IMG/VR virus record: IMGVR_UViG_3300034200_001950
DNA: 20,000 nt
Source: an uncultured virus (IMG/VR IMGVR_UViG_3300034200_001950)
Lineage: Duplodnaviria; Heunggongvirae; Uroviricota; Caudoviricetes
Direction: 5' to 3' (one strand)
Positions 1 to 8,800 of this stretch are shown here, piece after piece. The notes beneath the pieces are model-generated. The model saw only the letters and a program-made list of their open reading frames with translations, was not told the origin of the DNA and did no database searches. The position numbers and the translations under genes are program-made. Every line of letters begins with the position of its first letter. The first letter of the stretch is position 1.

Positions 1-125
1 TGAACGTCGTTAAATAAACTACTTTGTGATCTTGTAGTCATGCCAGTTACCTGGCCAGGGATACCAGAAGAACTATAATCTCCAGGATACGGTAAGTTTT
101 GTCCGGTCATTGGGTCAATAGGCAT
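1..125 (-). CDS. Hypothetical protein, N-terminal part, runs off the window edge (MPIDPMTGQNLPYPGDY...)
   Basis: ATG at 125 overlaps the stop of the upstream gene (TAATG coupling). The frame stays open to base 1. Confidence 0.7.
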   Translation of the reverse strand, partial: MPIDPMTGQNLPYPGDYSSSGIPGQVTGMTTRSQSSLFNDV

Positions 126-784
126 TAGTAACCTCTTCTGGAGTTTTGCATTCCGAGAACAATGCTTCCGCTAGCTCCAAGTCTTTCTTCTTGGTTTTTA
201 CTAGATCTTCTATTTGCGTATGGACTTGTAGACATCTTTGAAACTAGCTTTTTTGCTGCGTAAGCAGAGCCGAGCATTGCTGCTCCACCAATCCCTGCTA
301 CTGTTCCAGATCCTAACATACCTCTTTTAAACAGTTTTTTTGCAGCCAGATTCTCACCCTTGCCTATTAATTCGCTTGCCCCATATGCTAATGCTGATCC
401 AGCAAGACCTACTGTTCCCACCCCAGCTAACATTCCTCCGCCAACTGCTACTGGCCCTGCTGCTGCTGCGCCTGCTGCTTGACCTACTGGGCCAAGAGCT
501 TTTCCTGCTGCCCCTATTGGTCCGCCAACTATTTGAGATGAAATATATCCAGGACCTATGTCTCCACCAGTAAATGCTCTGTCTGCCTCTGGATTATCAA
601 AAGCAACATCGAAAGCCCCATCAACTAAACTTTTTGACCCACTAATAACACCAGCAACTGCTGCTCCACCAAGAAGCATCCCCATGCCAGCTTTTCTAAC
701 GCCAGTGTTTTTTGCGGTAGAAGATGCTGCTCTACCAGAAAGTTTACCTGCTCCTCTAATGGCTCTGCCTATGTTTAACGCCAT
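125..784 (-). CDS. Gly/Ala-rich hypothetical protein with hydrophobic segments, possibly virion/ejection-associated
   Basis: 219-aa ORF with AAAGGAAA RBS and several GA-rich hydrophobic stretches. Function inferred from composition and context only. Confidence 0.8.
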   Translation of the reverse strand: MALNIGRAIRGAGKLSGRAASSTAKNTGVRKAGMGMLLGGAAVAGVISGSKSLVDGAFDVAFDNPEADRAFTGGDIGPGYISSQIVGGPIGAAGKALGPVGQAAGAAAAGPVAVGGGMLAGVGTVGLAGSALAYGASELIGKGENLAAKKLFKRGMLGSGTVAGIGGAAMLGSAYAAKKLVSKMSTSPYANRRSSKNQEERLGASGSIVLGMQNSRRGY

Positions 785-795
785 TTTATTTTCCT

Positions 796-1404
796 TTAAT
801 TATATAAGTAATCATATTTATTTGGTCCCATTCTTGTGTGACCTATTTTTGATCTATCTAAATTTCCAACAACTCCAGCTGTAGCTAATGGGTCATTTAT
901 TTGGCTATAAGCCTGAACTGGGACTGGATCATAAATATCTGTTCTTGGTGCTCTTCCAGGCATAGTCTCTTGCTGATCCATAACTTCGTCGTATGGGTTT
1001 GTTTCATTTTTTGACTTGTTATACATATAGTAACCAGCTCCAACAATAGCTGCAGCTGCTAAACCAATTCCTACTGGTTTTTTATAGTTTGCGTACATTT
1101 GCCTAACGTTTCTAGATCTGTCAGCGTAGTTTATTCCTACCTTTAAAGAACTAAGTTCGCTAGTTATTCCTGACCTTAAAGTTTTTGATTCGTCTATAGT
1201 GTCAGATAATTGATTTGCTATACCTATGGCTTGTTTGTCTTGAGCAGATGATCTAGCTGCCATTTCAGCTGGGGTTAACTCCATAGCTAATCCTGTATTT
1301 TCTGCATTTTCAAATGGGGACAAGACTACTGCTGTTTCATCCATGTCTATAAGTCTAGAAGTTCTTCCAGCGGTTAACATATCATTTCCGCTTCCGCTCT
1401 GCAA
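796..1404 (-). CDS. Probable C-terminal segment of a large protein, with one predicted TM helix
   Basis: 202-aa ORF with TM-like KPVGIGLAAAAIVGAGYYMYNK. It overlaps the upstream ORF and joins it in frame if one G of the coding-strand GGGG (1408-1411) is removed. Confidence 0.7.
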   Translation of the reverse strand: MQSGSGNDMLTAGRTSRLIDMDETAVVLSPFENAENTGLAMELTPAEMAARSSAQDKQAIGIANQLSDTIDESKTLRSGITSELSSLKVGINYADRSRNVRQMYANYKKPVGIGLAAAAIVGAGYYMYNKSKNETNPYDEVMDQQETMPGRAPRTDIYDPVPVQAYSQINDPLATAGVVGNLDRSKIGHTRMGPNKYDYLYN

Positions 1405-4033
1405 CTGCCCCTAATGTATTTTCTGCACTTGCCGCCACGTCATTAGTTATTCTAGCAACGCCTAAACCACCAGTCTCTATTTTTTCTTTAACAGCAGTTA
1501 GTGCTGCTTCTCTATCTCCTGAATTTATAAAAGCTTGCAAATCTCTTAATTGTTTTGTCCCATCAGAAACACCTTCTGCTGCATAATCTGATGAAATTCC
1601 CGTTCCTATACCACCTAAGTCTGAAGCACTAGCCACTGACTCAGCGGCTTCCAGTAATGATGATGCTAACACGTCTGATTGCTTTTGAGTATAAGCTCCT
1701 TGCCCACCAAGAAATGCATTTATTGTATCTTGACCAGTTACTTTTGATAATCTTACTTTATTCATTTCTGCAGCAGTGCTGACTACGTGTTCTGGTAATA
1801 CCGTGTCGCCTACGCTTAAGCCTGTTGATTGTAAAATTTGTGTACCGGGTGTACCTATCAATGCATCTGAAAGTTTCATTCTTTCAACTAATCCACCCGC
1901 TCCAGCAACATTAACTTCCATTCTTTCAAAAACATCTCTACCAACCAATATTTTTGAACTTATAGAAGAACCACTCATTATTTTTGTTATATCTTGAGGG
2001 TTAAATACTTGTAGACCCAAATCAGATAATACGTCTGCGTTCTTAATAAATCTCATTGAGTTTTTTGTAACTGCTACCCCAGAACCTGGAGTAGCAAAAG
2101 CTGAATAGGCAGATCTACCTACAGCTGCTGTTGTTTTAGCTAATTCTACGCTTAATGCCCTACTTGTTATATCTGCTCCAGCGTAGGGGTTATTTATTCC
2201 GCTAGCTAATCTAGCTGCTCCTTCAATTCGTCCAGTCTCTAACCCTCTTCTTATCGCACCACCAAAATTAATATCTTCACTAGAAGAACCAAATGCTTTT
2301 CCTCTCATTTCTTCTGCGAGCGTTCCACTTGGTGCGGTTAGTCTTGAGGTTGCAGTTAACGACTGAATTAGTGAATCTTCATCCATACCAGCTATGCCAG
2401 CTTTGTATGAATCAAAGTCTGAAACTGGCATATTCAAACGCTGTCCAAACCCATAGCGTGCCGATAACGGCATTCTATCTATTTCGCCCTGCTCACCAAA
2501 ATTAATTCCGGTAGATATTATTTTTTGAGCAGCTGGATTATAAGTTGCCGATATTCCAGGTATACCGTAGGATTCAGTAACATCCAAGCTTCTATCTTGA
2601 GCGTCTGCAAAAATCCTGTCAATATGGCTAGTTGCGGCACTGTCTTGTATTGGTATTGATTGAGTAAAATTTTCAGGATATAGGTTTACATCTGTTGGCA
2701 AACCAGGTGGAGGCGCAGGACCAATAATTCTTGGATCTAAAGAAGAAAATCTATAACCAGCATTAGAGTCTCTAGTACCTTTTGAGTAAGATACAACACC
2801 CTCCATTGCCCTAACTTCTGCTTCAGATATTCCTAGTGCAGCTGCCTTATCTGCTATCTCTATATCGGATAATACATCACCCAGTGATGCTTCTACCTTA
2901 AAGCCTCTTCTACCTAAGTCTGTTGATAATAATCTTTTTGATGCTTGAGAAAGCTTTTCAACATCAGCTATATTTGTAGTCATAGTTGGAGCTGCAGAAC
3001 GAGCAGACACTCTTCTTGCCTGTTGTACGAATTTTCTTGCGCCTACGGGAAGATGGCTTAAATCCCCAGGAGAATAATCTAAATCTCCAGTTGCTACGTA
3101 TTGCGCGTAGAATCCAGCTAGTAATGTGTCTGTTTCTGCAATGTGGGAACCTCTTCCCATTAATTGCATAATTTTTTTTGCTGCGTTTGATCCAGGTGCA
3201 GATGAATTACTTGCTTCTGCGTGTATTAATTCAAAAAGATTTGTTGTTAATCCTAAGTTTTCCATTGTATTAGGAGTAAAACTTCCACCTAAATCAATTT
3301 CCTGGAATAACTTAGCAGATCCGACTGTCCTTGCATATAATGCGCTACGAACCTGTTGTTCATCTGTTATGTCAACTCCATAGCCAGCTATTTGAGATAG
3401 CCTAACTGCTTCCGGGCTACCCGGCGTTGCTGCAGCAGCCATGAAGCTAGTGGCGTATTGATCAAATTTTTGACTCATATAAAGTCTGCCTGAAAAATCT
3501 ACATCAGTTATAAAACTTGGATCAGAACTTATTCTTTCGGAGAATTTTAAAACTGTTTCCCTAAAAGCTTTATCTGTTTCATATCCTGGAGTATTTTGAG
3601 CTGTTTGTATAAGCTGTCTTAAGTCGAACGATGCGTTTTTAATTGCTAATGTGTCATAAGATAAATAGTGTTCCATTTCAGCACCGAGTGCAGCCCTTGC
3701 TGCTGCTGGGTTTCTAGCGACATCTATTGATAGTCCACCCTCAAGTTCGTTAACTCCTTCGGCTAAGTTCCTTAGCCCAGCTGGAGTTTGTATCACTCCA
3801 CCTTCCATCCCTGGTTGTCTAAAAAATAATTTCCTAATACTACTTGGCCCACCTATTGCTACGTCTCCAGTATCACTCATTGTTGCTTCTGTTGTTGCAA
3901 GAGATCTTATCCTAGAGTTATCTCCAAGGCCAGTTGTTTCTGAGTCAAGAATTAACATTCTTTTTGTTAGTCCTGCTCCAGGCCTTTGTCCAAATGGACT
4001 TAATTGTCCGACCAGGTAAAATTTGATTAGCAT
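1382..4033 (-). CDS. Large protein segment with N-terminal DEDDh (DnaQ-like) 3'-5' exonuclease domain
   Basis: ExoI LILDSETTGL, ExoII-like KNASFDL and ExoIII-like SHIAETD motifs in the expected order. The remainder is Ala/Gly/Ser-rich and unrecognised. Confidence 0.75.
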   Translation of the reverse strand: MLIKFYLVGQLSPFGQRPGAGLTKRMLILDSETTGLGDNSRIRSLATTEATMSDTGDVAIGGPSSIRKLFFRQPGMEGGVIQTPAGLRNLAEGVNELEGGLSIDVARNPAAARAALGAEMEHYLSYDTLAIKNASFDLRQLIQTAQNTPGYETDKAFRETVLKFSERISSDPSFITDVDFSGRLYMSQKFDQYATSFMAAAATPGSPEAVRLSQIAGYGVDITDEQQVRSALYARTVGSAKLFQEIDLGGSFTPNTMENLGLTTNLFELIHAEASNSSAPGSNAAKKIMQLMGRGSHIAETDTLLAGFYAQYVATGDLDYSPGDLSHLPVGARKFVQQARRVSARSAAPTMTTNIADVEKLSQASKRLLSTDLGRRGFKVEASLGDVLSDIEIADKAAALGISEAEVRAMEGVVSYSKGTRDSNAGYRFSSLDPRIIGPAPPPGLPTDVNLYPENFTQSIPIQDSAATSHIDRIFADAQDRSLDVTESYGIPGISATYNPAAQKIISTGINFGEQGEIDRMPLSARYGFGQRLNMPVSDFDSYKAGIAGMDEDSLIQSLTATSRLTAPSGTLAEEMRGKAFGSSSEDINFGGAIRRGLETGRIEGAARLASGINNPYAGADITSRALSVELAKTTAAVGRSAYSAFATPGSGVAVTKNSMRFIKNADVLSDLGLQVFNPQDITKIMSGSSISSKILVGRDVFERMEVNVAGAGGLVERMKLSDALIGTPGTQILQSTGLSVGDTVLPEHVVSTAAEMNKVRLSKVTGQDTINAFLGGQGAYTQKQSDVLASSLLEAAESVASASDLGGIGTGISSDYAAEGVSDGTKQLRDLQAFINSGDREAALTAVKEKIETGGLGVARITNDVAASAENTLGAVAERKRK

Positions 4034-4589
4034 TAGATGCCATTTCGGTCATAGACAAAGGGTTCATAGCATAAGCGAAAGATTCTATTAAAGATTTATT
4101 TGGATCAATATTAAAATACATACTTGAAAGAGTTGCCAGAGCAGGATGACTTTGAGGGTCTCTTACGTCATATTGCGTTAACGCTCTATATGCGTTTCCA
4201 CTTGGTAGATCTCTGCCGGGCATTCCAAACCTTTGGACTAACGTAGGAAGATTATAAACTTCCTCTGCGGCAAATCGCTGTATTCTTTGTTTGGCATCTA
4301 GTGTCAGTAAACCTAGATCCATTCTTCCAGTTGCCTTAGCTAACTCCAAAGCTTTTGAAGAAGCAGATTTACTCAACATGTCTGGATTCTCTAAAAAGGT
4401 AGAATACATTGTCTGCAGTGTTTGGTATCTTTCCATGAACTTATCTGGTGTTCCAAATATTTGTTCAATTTGCGCAGCAGTTCCTGAGACTACTCTTGAC
4501 GACGTAGATGAACCTCTTAACGTAGAACCACTACGACCTAAAAATTCAGTTACTAAGCTGTCTTTTTTAACCGGATTAAGTCTTGGCAT
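3945..4589 (-). CDS. Hypothetical protein, probable N-terminal segment of the large exonuclease-containing protein
   Basis: 214-aa ORF whose 3' end overlaps the next ORF by 89 nt in the +1 frame. Confidence 0.7.
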   Translation of the reverse strand: MPRLNPVKKDSLVTEFLGRSGSTLRGSSTSSRVVSGTAAQIEQIFGTPDKFMERYQTLQTMYSTFLENPDMLSKSASSKALELAKATGRMDLGLLTLDAKQRIQRFAAEEVYNLPTLVQRFGMPGRDLPSGNAYRALTQYDVRDPQSHPALATLSSMYFNIDPNKSLIESFAYAMNPLSMTEMASNANQILPGRTIKSIWTKAWSRTNKKNVNS

Positions 4590-5313
4590 CTTGGTCGTCT
4601 TTTTCGCTTGGTTGTTGTGCCTCTATGTAGTCGTCTACCTCAAGAGTTCCTAGCTTCTTCTTTATTAACTTTTCACGTTCTAATTCCATAGACTGAACTT
4701 TGTCTATTATTTCTGATATTGCCTGTGCTGTATCGAGTTGTGTTTGGCCGGCTTTAGCTCTTGCTTCTCTAGTCGCCAAAAGCTGATTCCTAAGATCTTT
4801 TCTTCTCTTATGCAATCTATCTTCTAACTCTACTGCTAAGTGCAATTCTTTCTTTAAAATTGGCTCTCCACTATTTGGGTCTATACCAATTATATTTTCT
4901 TGTATAAAATGCTCTTTTGCTAGTAGTTTAGTTTTTCTTACGTATTGTATTTCTTGGTCAACTAAATCCCTAACCATTGATACCTCTACTAAATTCTCTG
5001 GGCTGACTTCTAGTTGATCCATGTATTCATAAGTAAATTGAGAAACCATAGACATCTCTATTGGACATGGGTCACCCTTTGGAGCAAGATCTTCTTTATG
5101 TAGCGGGCATGTAGAAGCAAATATACATTTTACTGCTTCACACCTCATGGGTATAGATGCAAACATAGAAGTTCTGGTTTTTTGCGGTCTAATTAAATCG
5201 GAAGCTTTACTTCTTTGTTCTTCTGTCCATTCTTCCGGGAAGAACAAATCAGGCCTCAACGATTCAAATGTTTTTAAAAAACTATTTTTATTATACTTTT
5301 CAATATCAGACAT
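4576..5313 (-). CDS. Cys-cluster protein, possible terminase small subunit
   Basis: Likely start MSDIEK at 5313. Has C-x4-C-x5-C...C motif. The C-terminal GEPILKKELHLAVELEDRLHKRRKDLRNQLLATREARAK resembles the helix ending in L..T..AR of P27-type TerS (pattern recognition only). The ORF is secure, the function tentative. Confidence 0.45.
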   Translation of the reverse strand: MSDIEKYNKNSFLKTFESLRPDLFFPEEWTEEQRSKASDLIRPQKTRTSMFASIPMRCEAVKCIFASTCPLHKEDLAPKGDPCPIEMSMVSQFTYEYMDQLEVSPENLVEVSMVRDLVDQEIQYVRKTKLLAKEHFIQENIIGIDPNSGEPILKKELHLAVELEDRLHKRRKDLRNQLLATREARAKAGQTQLDTAQAISEIIDKVQSMELEREKLIKKKLGTLEVDDYIEAQQPSEKDDQDAKT

Positions 5314-5476
5314 TAAAGTCAATCCAATCAATAGATCTTAAATTACCATTCTCATATTTCTCTACATGAGCACTTTTACAATAGCAGCAATAGTAATCTA
5401 TGCTGCTAGTGCTTTTTCTCTTTGCTGTATCATCTAATACTAAAATCATAGAATGATTACATCTGCCGCACAACAA
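5306..5476 (-). CDS. Small Zn-ribbon protein (56 aa), not in the ORF track
   Basis: TTG start. MLCGRCNHSM...YYCCYCKSAH...DFNV has two CxxC pairs and fills the gap between neighbouring genes. Confidence 0.7.
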   Translation of the reverse strand: MLCGRCNHSMILVLDDTAKRKSTSSIDYYCCYCKSAHVEKYENGNLRSIDWIDFNV

Positions 5477-5478
5477 AA

Positions 5479-5892
5479 TTATCTTAAATCGTTTAAGACT
5501 TCTTGAAGACCTTTTTCTAATCTTGCGATAAGATCATCACTTTGATTTGCATTAGTAAAAACGCCAATTTCTCTCATCTGATCTGCTGATAAATGAGAAC
5601 TAGTTATATATCTAGCACCTTTGCATACTTCGCAGTAAGATTCTCTTTCGTCTGAAAAGCATGTGCACTTTTGTATAATATCAAAATGCTCAAGTGACTG
5701 AGCAACATCAAACCATTTTTGTTTAAACATCTTCTTAGTTTGTTCTTTATATGCCCTGAGCTTTTGATTATCAGAAGACAGCATGGTGCCCATATCTAGA
5801 GACTGTTTCATTAAATTATTTATTGTCTTATACAAAAAGCTAGCTAATTCAAAGTCACCATTTTTATTTAGATGCATTTTCCAATCACTCAT
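5479..5892 (-). CDS. Hypothetical protein with CxC/CxxC Zn-binding motif
   Basis: ORF with likely ATG at 5892 (MSDWKM). Motif CTC...CEVCKG. Confidence 0.8.
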   Translation of the reverse strand: MSDWKMHLNKNGDFELASFLYKTINNLMKQSLDMGTMLSSDNQKLRAYKEQTKKMFKQKWFDVAQSLEHFDIIQKCTCFSDERESYCEVCKGARYITSSHLSADQMREIGVFTNANQSDDLIARLEKGLQEVLNDLR

Positions 5893-5904
5893 AACCAAAC
5901 ATCC

Positions 5905-6558
5905 TTACGCGTTTCTACCCAATCCTTTGGGTGTACCTATTCTACCAGATGGCTGAGGGTTTGGTTTACGCCTAGAGTAGCCTCTTCTATCTATAGAAGC
6001 ATTAGCCATACCAAGACCTGCTGCGCCAGCTCCATAGCCAAATATTCTTCTGTTTCTGTTTCTTATAGTTTGTGCTGCCATTGGATTAGACATAAACTGT
6101 CCGCCTGTACCAACATTACCCATCCCTCTTGTTCCGCCAGGAAAATATCCTTGAACTCTATAGTCGATAGACTTATTATTTGATGGATCTATATTAATTT
6201 TAGTTCGTGAACTAATTGGTCCACGGTCTGAACCTATTACCAAACCACGAGGATTACCTGCTGATGGCCTTCCTCCACTAGCGACTCTTTTCGAAACCGT
6301 TTCAGCGCCCTGTGGCAAGTCACCTAGCCTAGCAAGGCCGCGGCCTCTATAGTCCATAACAGCTCTTGCGGTTGTTATAGCTCTTCTACCAAGACTGTTT
6401 TCTGGACCGCTTTGAAGAAAACTATGTATCCTTTTACCTATAGGACCAAGTTCTCTTGTTGCATGAGAGAATGTTTTTCCTGCTTTAGACTTAGCTACAA
6501 CGCCTGAACCGCCATATAAAGTACTAGCAGTGTTAACTACTGACCTGGGGATTGCCAT
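5905..6558 (-). CDS. Basic Arg/Gly-rich hypothetical protein (possible internal virion/DNA-binding protein)
   Basis: 217-aa ORF with GGAGG RBS, strongly basic and Gly-rich. Confidence 0.8.
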   Translation of the reverse strand: MAIPRSVVNTASTLYGGSGVVAKSKAGKTFSHATRELGPIGKRIHSFLQSGPENSLGRRAITTARAVMDYRGRGLARLGDLPQGAETVSKRVASGGRPSAGNPRGLVIGSDRGPISSRTKINIDPSNNKSIDYRVQGYFPGGTRGMGNVGTGGQFMSNPMAAQTIRNRNRRIFGYGAGAAGLGMANASIDRRGYSRRKPNPQPSGRIGTPKGLGRNA

Positions 6559-6574
6559 TAGATTAAACCTCCGT

Positions 6575-6899
6575 TTAATATTGGTACATTCCGCCGGATT
6601 TGCCCTTATTAAGGCCGGAAGTTGTTCTTCCTCTTATACCGCCAATAGCTGCACCCATAGCAACTGCACCAGAAATTCTTTTTCCACCTCTGGCTAATAT
6701 AGCCTTATCGAATACATGCTTTGAATCGCCTATATATCCGCTTAGTCTTAGATAAACCAGCAGTACCGCCAAGTGCACCTATAGCGAACCTTGTCCCTCT
6801 ATCGGCCATATTGCCCTTAAATTTACCAAACTCTGCGCCTCTTGCCATGGCGCGTGCAGTTGAGATTGGTCTTGTTATTGCATTAATAGCTCTTGCCAT
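6575..6899 (-). CDS. Small basic Gly-rich protein (about 107 aa) split by an apparent +1 frameshift
   Basis: ATG at 6899 with GAGGTG RBS. Track ORFs 6705-6905 and 6575-6778 fuse (…AGLSRLSGYIG…) if one base near 6748-6749 is removed. Confidence 0.65.
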
Positions 6900-6918
6900 A
6901 AACACCTCTTTTGTAAGT

Positions 6919-6936
6919 TATGTTATTATAGTAACT
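6919..6936 (-). promoter_or_regulatory. Candidate phage promoter motif AGTTACTATAATAACATA
   Basis: 16/18 identical to the motif at 8421-8438. Both sit just upstream of minus-strand gene starts. Confidence 0.55.
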
Positions 6937-8373
6937 CTATTGTTCTACTATCTTATTATTCAAACTCTTTTTTTGTGGTTTTGTTGTCTTTAAAGTAAAC
7001 TTATCGTTACTGAAACCAATTTCAAACAATGAACCTCTTGGTATGTTTGAACCAATCAAGATATCGGCTAATGGAGTTTCTATCAAATCTCTTCTTGCTT
7101 TAGATAATCCTCTTGCACCTTGAACTGAATCTATACCATTTTCGACTAAAGCCTCTATTGCTTCATCTGTGTAACTTACAGTAAAACCTTTTTTAGTTAA
7201 TTTTTCTGCAACTGCAAACATTTCTAGTTCGGCTATTTTCTCGTAGTTAGATTTGTTTAAATGATTAAAAACAATAATCTTATCTAGTCTATTAATAAAC
7301 TCTGGTCTAAAATGTTTTTTAACAGATTCTGCTGTTATTCTTTCCACCATTTCTCTTGGTGGCATCTCTCTTGTAAATAACTTGGCACGTGTGTCTTTAG
7401 TAAAACCAGTTCCCCCCATTGTGAGGTGATCTACTATTTTTTCATTACCTAAGTTGGTAGTTAATATAATTATAGTATTGCGAAAGCTAACTTGCTCACC
7501 TTTTCCATCTGTAAGTACTCCGTCTTCAAAGACTCTTAAAAAAGTATTCCACATATCCGAATGAGCTTTTTCCACTTCATCTAACAGCACAACTGTATTT
7601 GGATTCTTTTTAACTAGGTTAACTAGTTGCCCACCTTCGTCGTGTCCAACGTAACCTGGAGGTGATCCTATTAGTTTTTGGTTTTCGTGCTTTTGTTGAT
7701 ACTCTCCACAGTCTATTCTCACCATTTGCGCGTCTTCGCCAAATAGATATTTGTTTAGACTTGAGGCTAAGTGCGTCTTTCCTACGCCGGATGCTCCGGC
7801 AAACAAGAAAATACCCAATGGTCTGTTGTCGTCCGATAAACCAGCTTGCGATCTTTTTAGTGCATTAAAGACTTCTAATACAGCTTCGTTTTGACCAATT
7901 ATATTAGATTCTAGGTGGTCTTTTAAGTCTAGGAATTTTTGTTTAGATATCTTCTTTGGCTTACCCTTTTGAGGTGCAGGCTTAGGCTTAGTAGAGCCTC
8001 TAAGCATATCTTTTACTTTATCGAAGTCAAAGTTTTCTTCGTCCAAATCTAACTTGTTGTCAGCAAATGGGTTCATCCAATCGGGATTAGCTAAAGAAAC
8101 CCAGCTATCAATATCTAGACCTGGGTTAAGCATAATGCATCCATTATAGAGAGATGCTATACATTTTTCTGCAGAATCTCTAGGCATTAGTCTTAATGCT
8201 TCAGTTACTTCAGTCTTCATATTATAAACCGTATTTTCCAATATCAGTTTTTTAACATTAGGAAGATTCGTAGTATCGATTGATTCTAAAAATTCTTTAA
8301 CTTCATCTGGATCCAGAAGCTTGTACTTAACGTACACGGATAAGTCTGGCATATATATCTGATAGATCTTCAT
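6937..8373 (-). CDS. ClpA/B/C-family AAA+ ATPase with only the second (D2) module and an unrelated N-terminal domain
   Basis: IIGQNEAV, Walker A GASGVGKT, pore loop IGSPPGYVG, Walker B VVLLDEVEKAH, FRPEFINRLD and GAR motifs. No D1 Walker motifs. Confidence 0.92.
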   Translation of the reverse strand: MKIYQIYMPDLSVYVKYKLLDPDEVKEFLESIDTTNLPNVKKLILENTVYNMKTEVTEALRLMPRDSAEKCIASLYNGCIMLNPGLDIDSWVSLANPDWMNPFADNKLDLDEENFDFDKVKDMLRGSTKPKPAPQKGKPKKISKQKFLDLKDHLESNIIGQNEAVLEVFNALKRSQAGLSDDNRPLGIFLFAGASGVGKTHLASSLNKYLFGEDAQMVRIDCGEYQQKHENQKLIGSPPGYVGHDEGGQLVNLVKKNPNTVVLLDEVEKAHSDMWNTFLRVFEDGVLTDGKGEQVSFRNTIIILTTNLGNEKIVDHLTMGGTGFTKDTRAKLFTREMPPREMVERITAESVKKHFRPEFINRLDKIIVFNHLNKSNYEKIAELEMFAVAEKLTKKGFTVSYTDEAIEALVENGIDSVQGARGLSKARRDLIETPLADILIGSNIPRGSLFEIGFSNDKFTLKTTKPQKKSLNNKIVEQ

Positions 8374-8420
8374 GAGATCAGACCCCTATCTTTAGCCACA
8401 TTCAAAACCGTAAGTAATGA

Positions 8421-8438
8421 TATGATAATATAGTAACT
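8421..8438 (-). promoter_or_regulatory. Candidate phage promoter motif AGTTACTATATTATCATA
   Basis: Near-copy of 6919-6936, upstream of the Clp ATPase gene. Confidence 0.55.
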
Positions 8439-8489
8439 ACCGTAAGTCTTTAAACTCACTAAGAGGCTTCTATAGGGCTGGGGAAAAAA

Positions 8490-8519
8490 AGTATACCCAA
8501 ACATTTGCACTCTTGTCAA
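8490..8519 (-). promoter_or_regulatory. Sigma70/SigA-type promoter
   Basis: TTGACA-18 nt-TATACT on the minus strand, upstream of the Clp ATPase gene. Confidence 0.7.
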
Positions 8520-8520
8520 G

Positions 8521-8685
8521 TCATTGCCAATCTTTTTTTATTATTTTTTCTATTTCGGGCTGATCTTCTAAACAAGGGCCACTTAATGACCAAAAACGCA
8601 CTAGATCCATAGGTGTATTAATTGACTTCTCTAACATTCTGACTGCTCTTAAGTAATCGTAATTTAAATTATGAATAGATTTCAT
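8521..8685 (-). CDS. Small hypothetical protein (54 aa, MKSIHNLNYD...KKDWQ), not in the ORF track
   Basis: AGGAG RBS and ATG at 8685. Extended -10 TGgTATACT at 8713-8721 upstream. Confidence 0.7.
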   Translation of the reverse strand: MKSIHNLNYDYLRAVRMLEKSINTPMDLVRFWSLSGPCLEDQPEIEKIIKKDWQ

Positions 8686-8784
8686 GCTGTCTCCTAGCTA
8701 TGTTGTTGATACAGTATACCAAAAGTAAATATTTAAAGACCGCACAAAACAACTTTTTATAATGCCAAATTGTATATACCGGCA

Positions 8785-8793
8785 TGGTATACT
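8785..8793 (+). promoter_or_regulatory. Extended -10 promoter for a probably leaderless recA mRNA
   Basis: TGgTATACT ends 7 nt before ATG 8801. Confidence 0.6.
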
Positions 8794-8800
8794 AGGTGCT

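Noticed and set aside
340..6993. Plus-strand ORFs in the left arm (340, 558, 1776, 2293, 2986, 3126, 4291, 5147, 5872, 6721)
   Set aside because: They are antisense to a tightly packed minus-strand operon and have no recognisable motifs.
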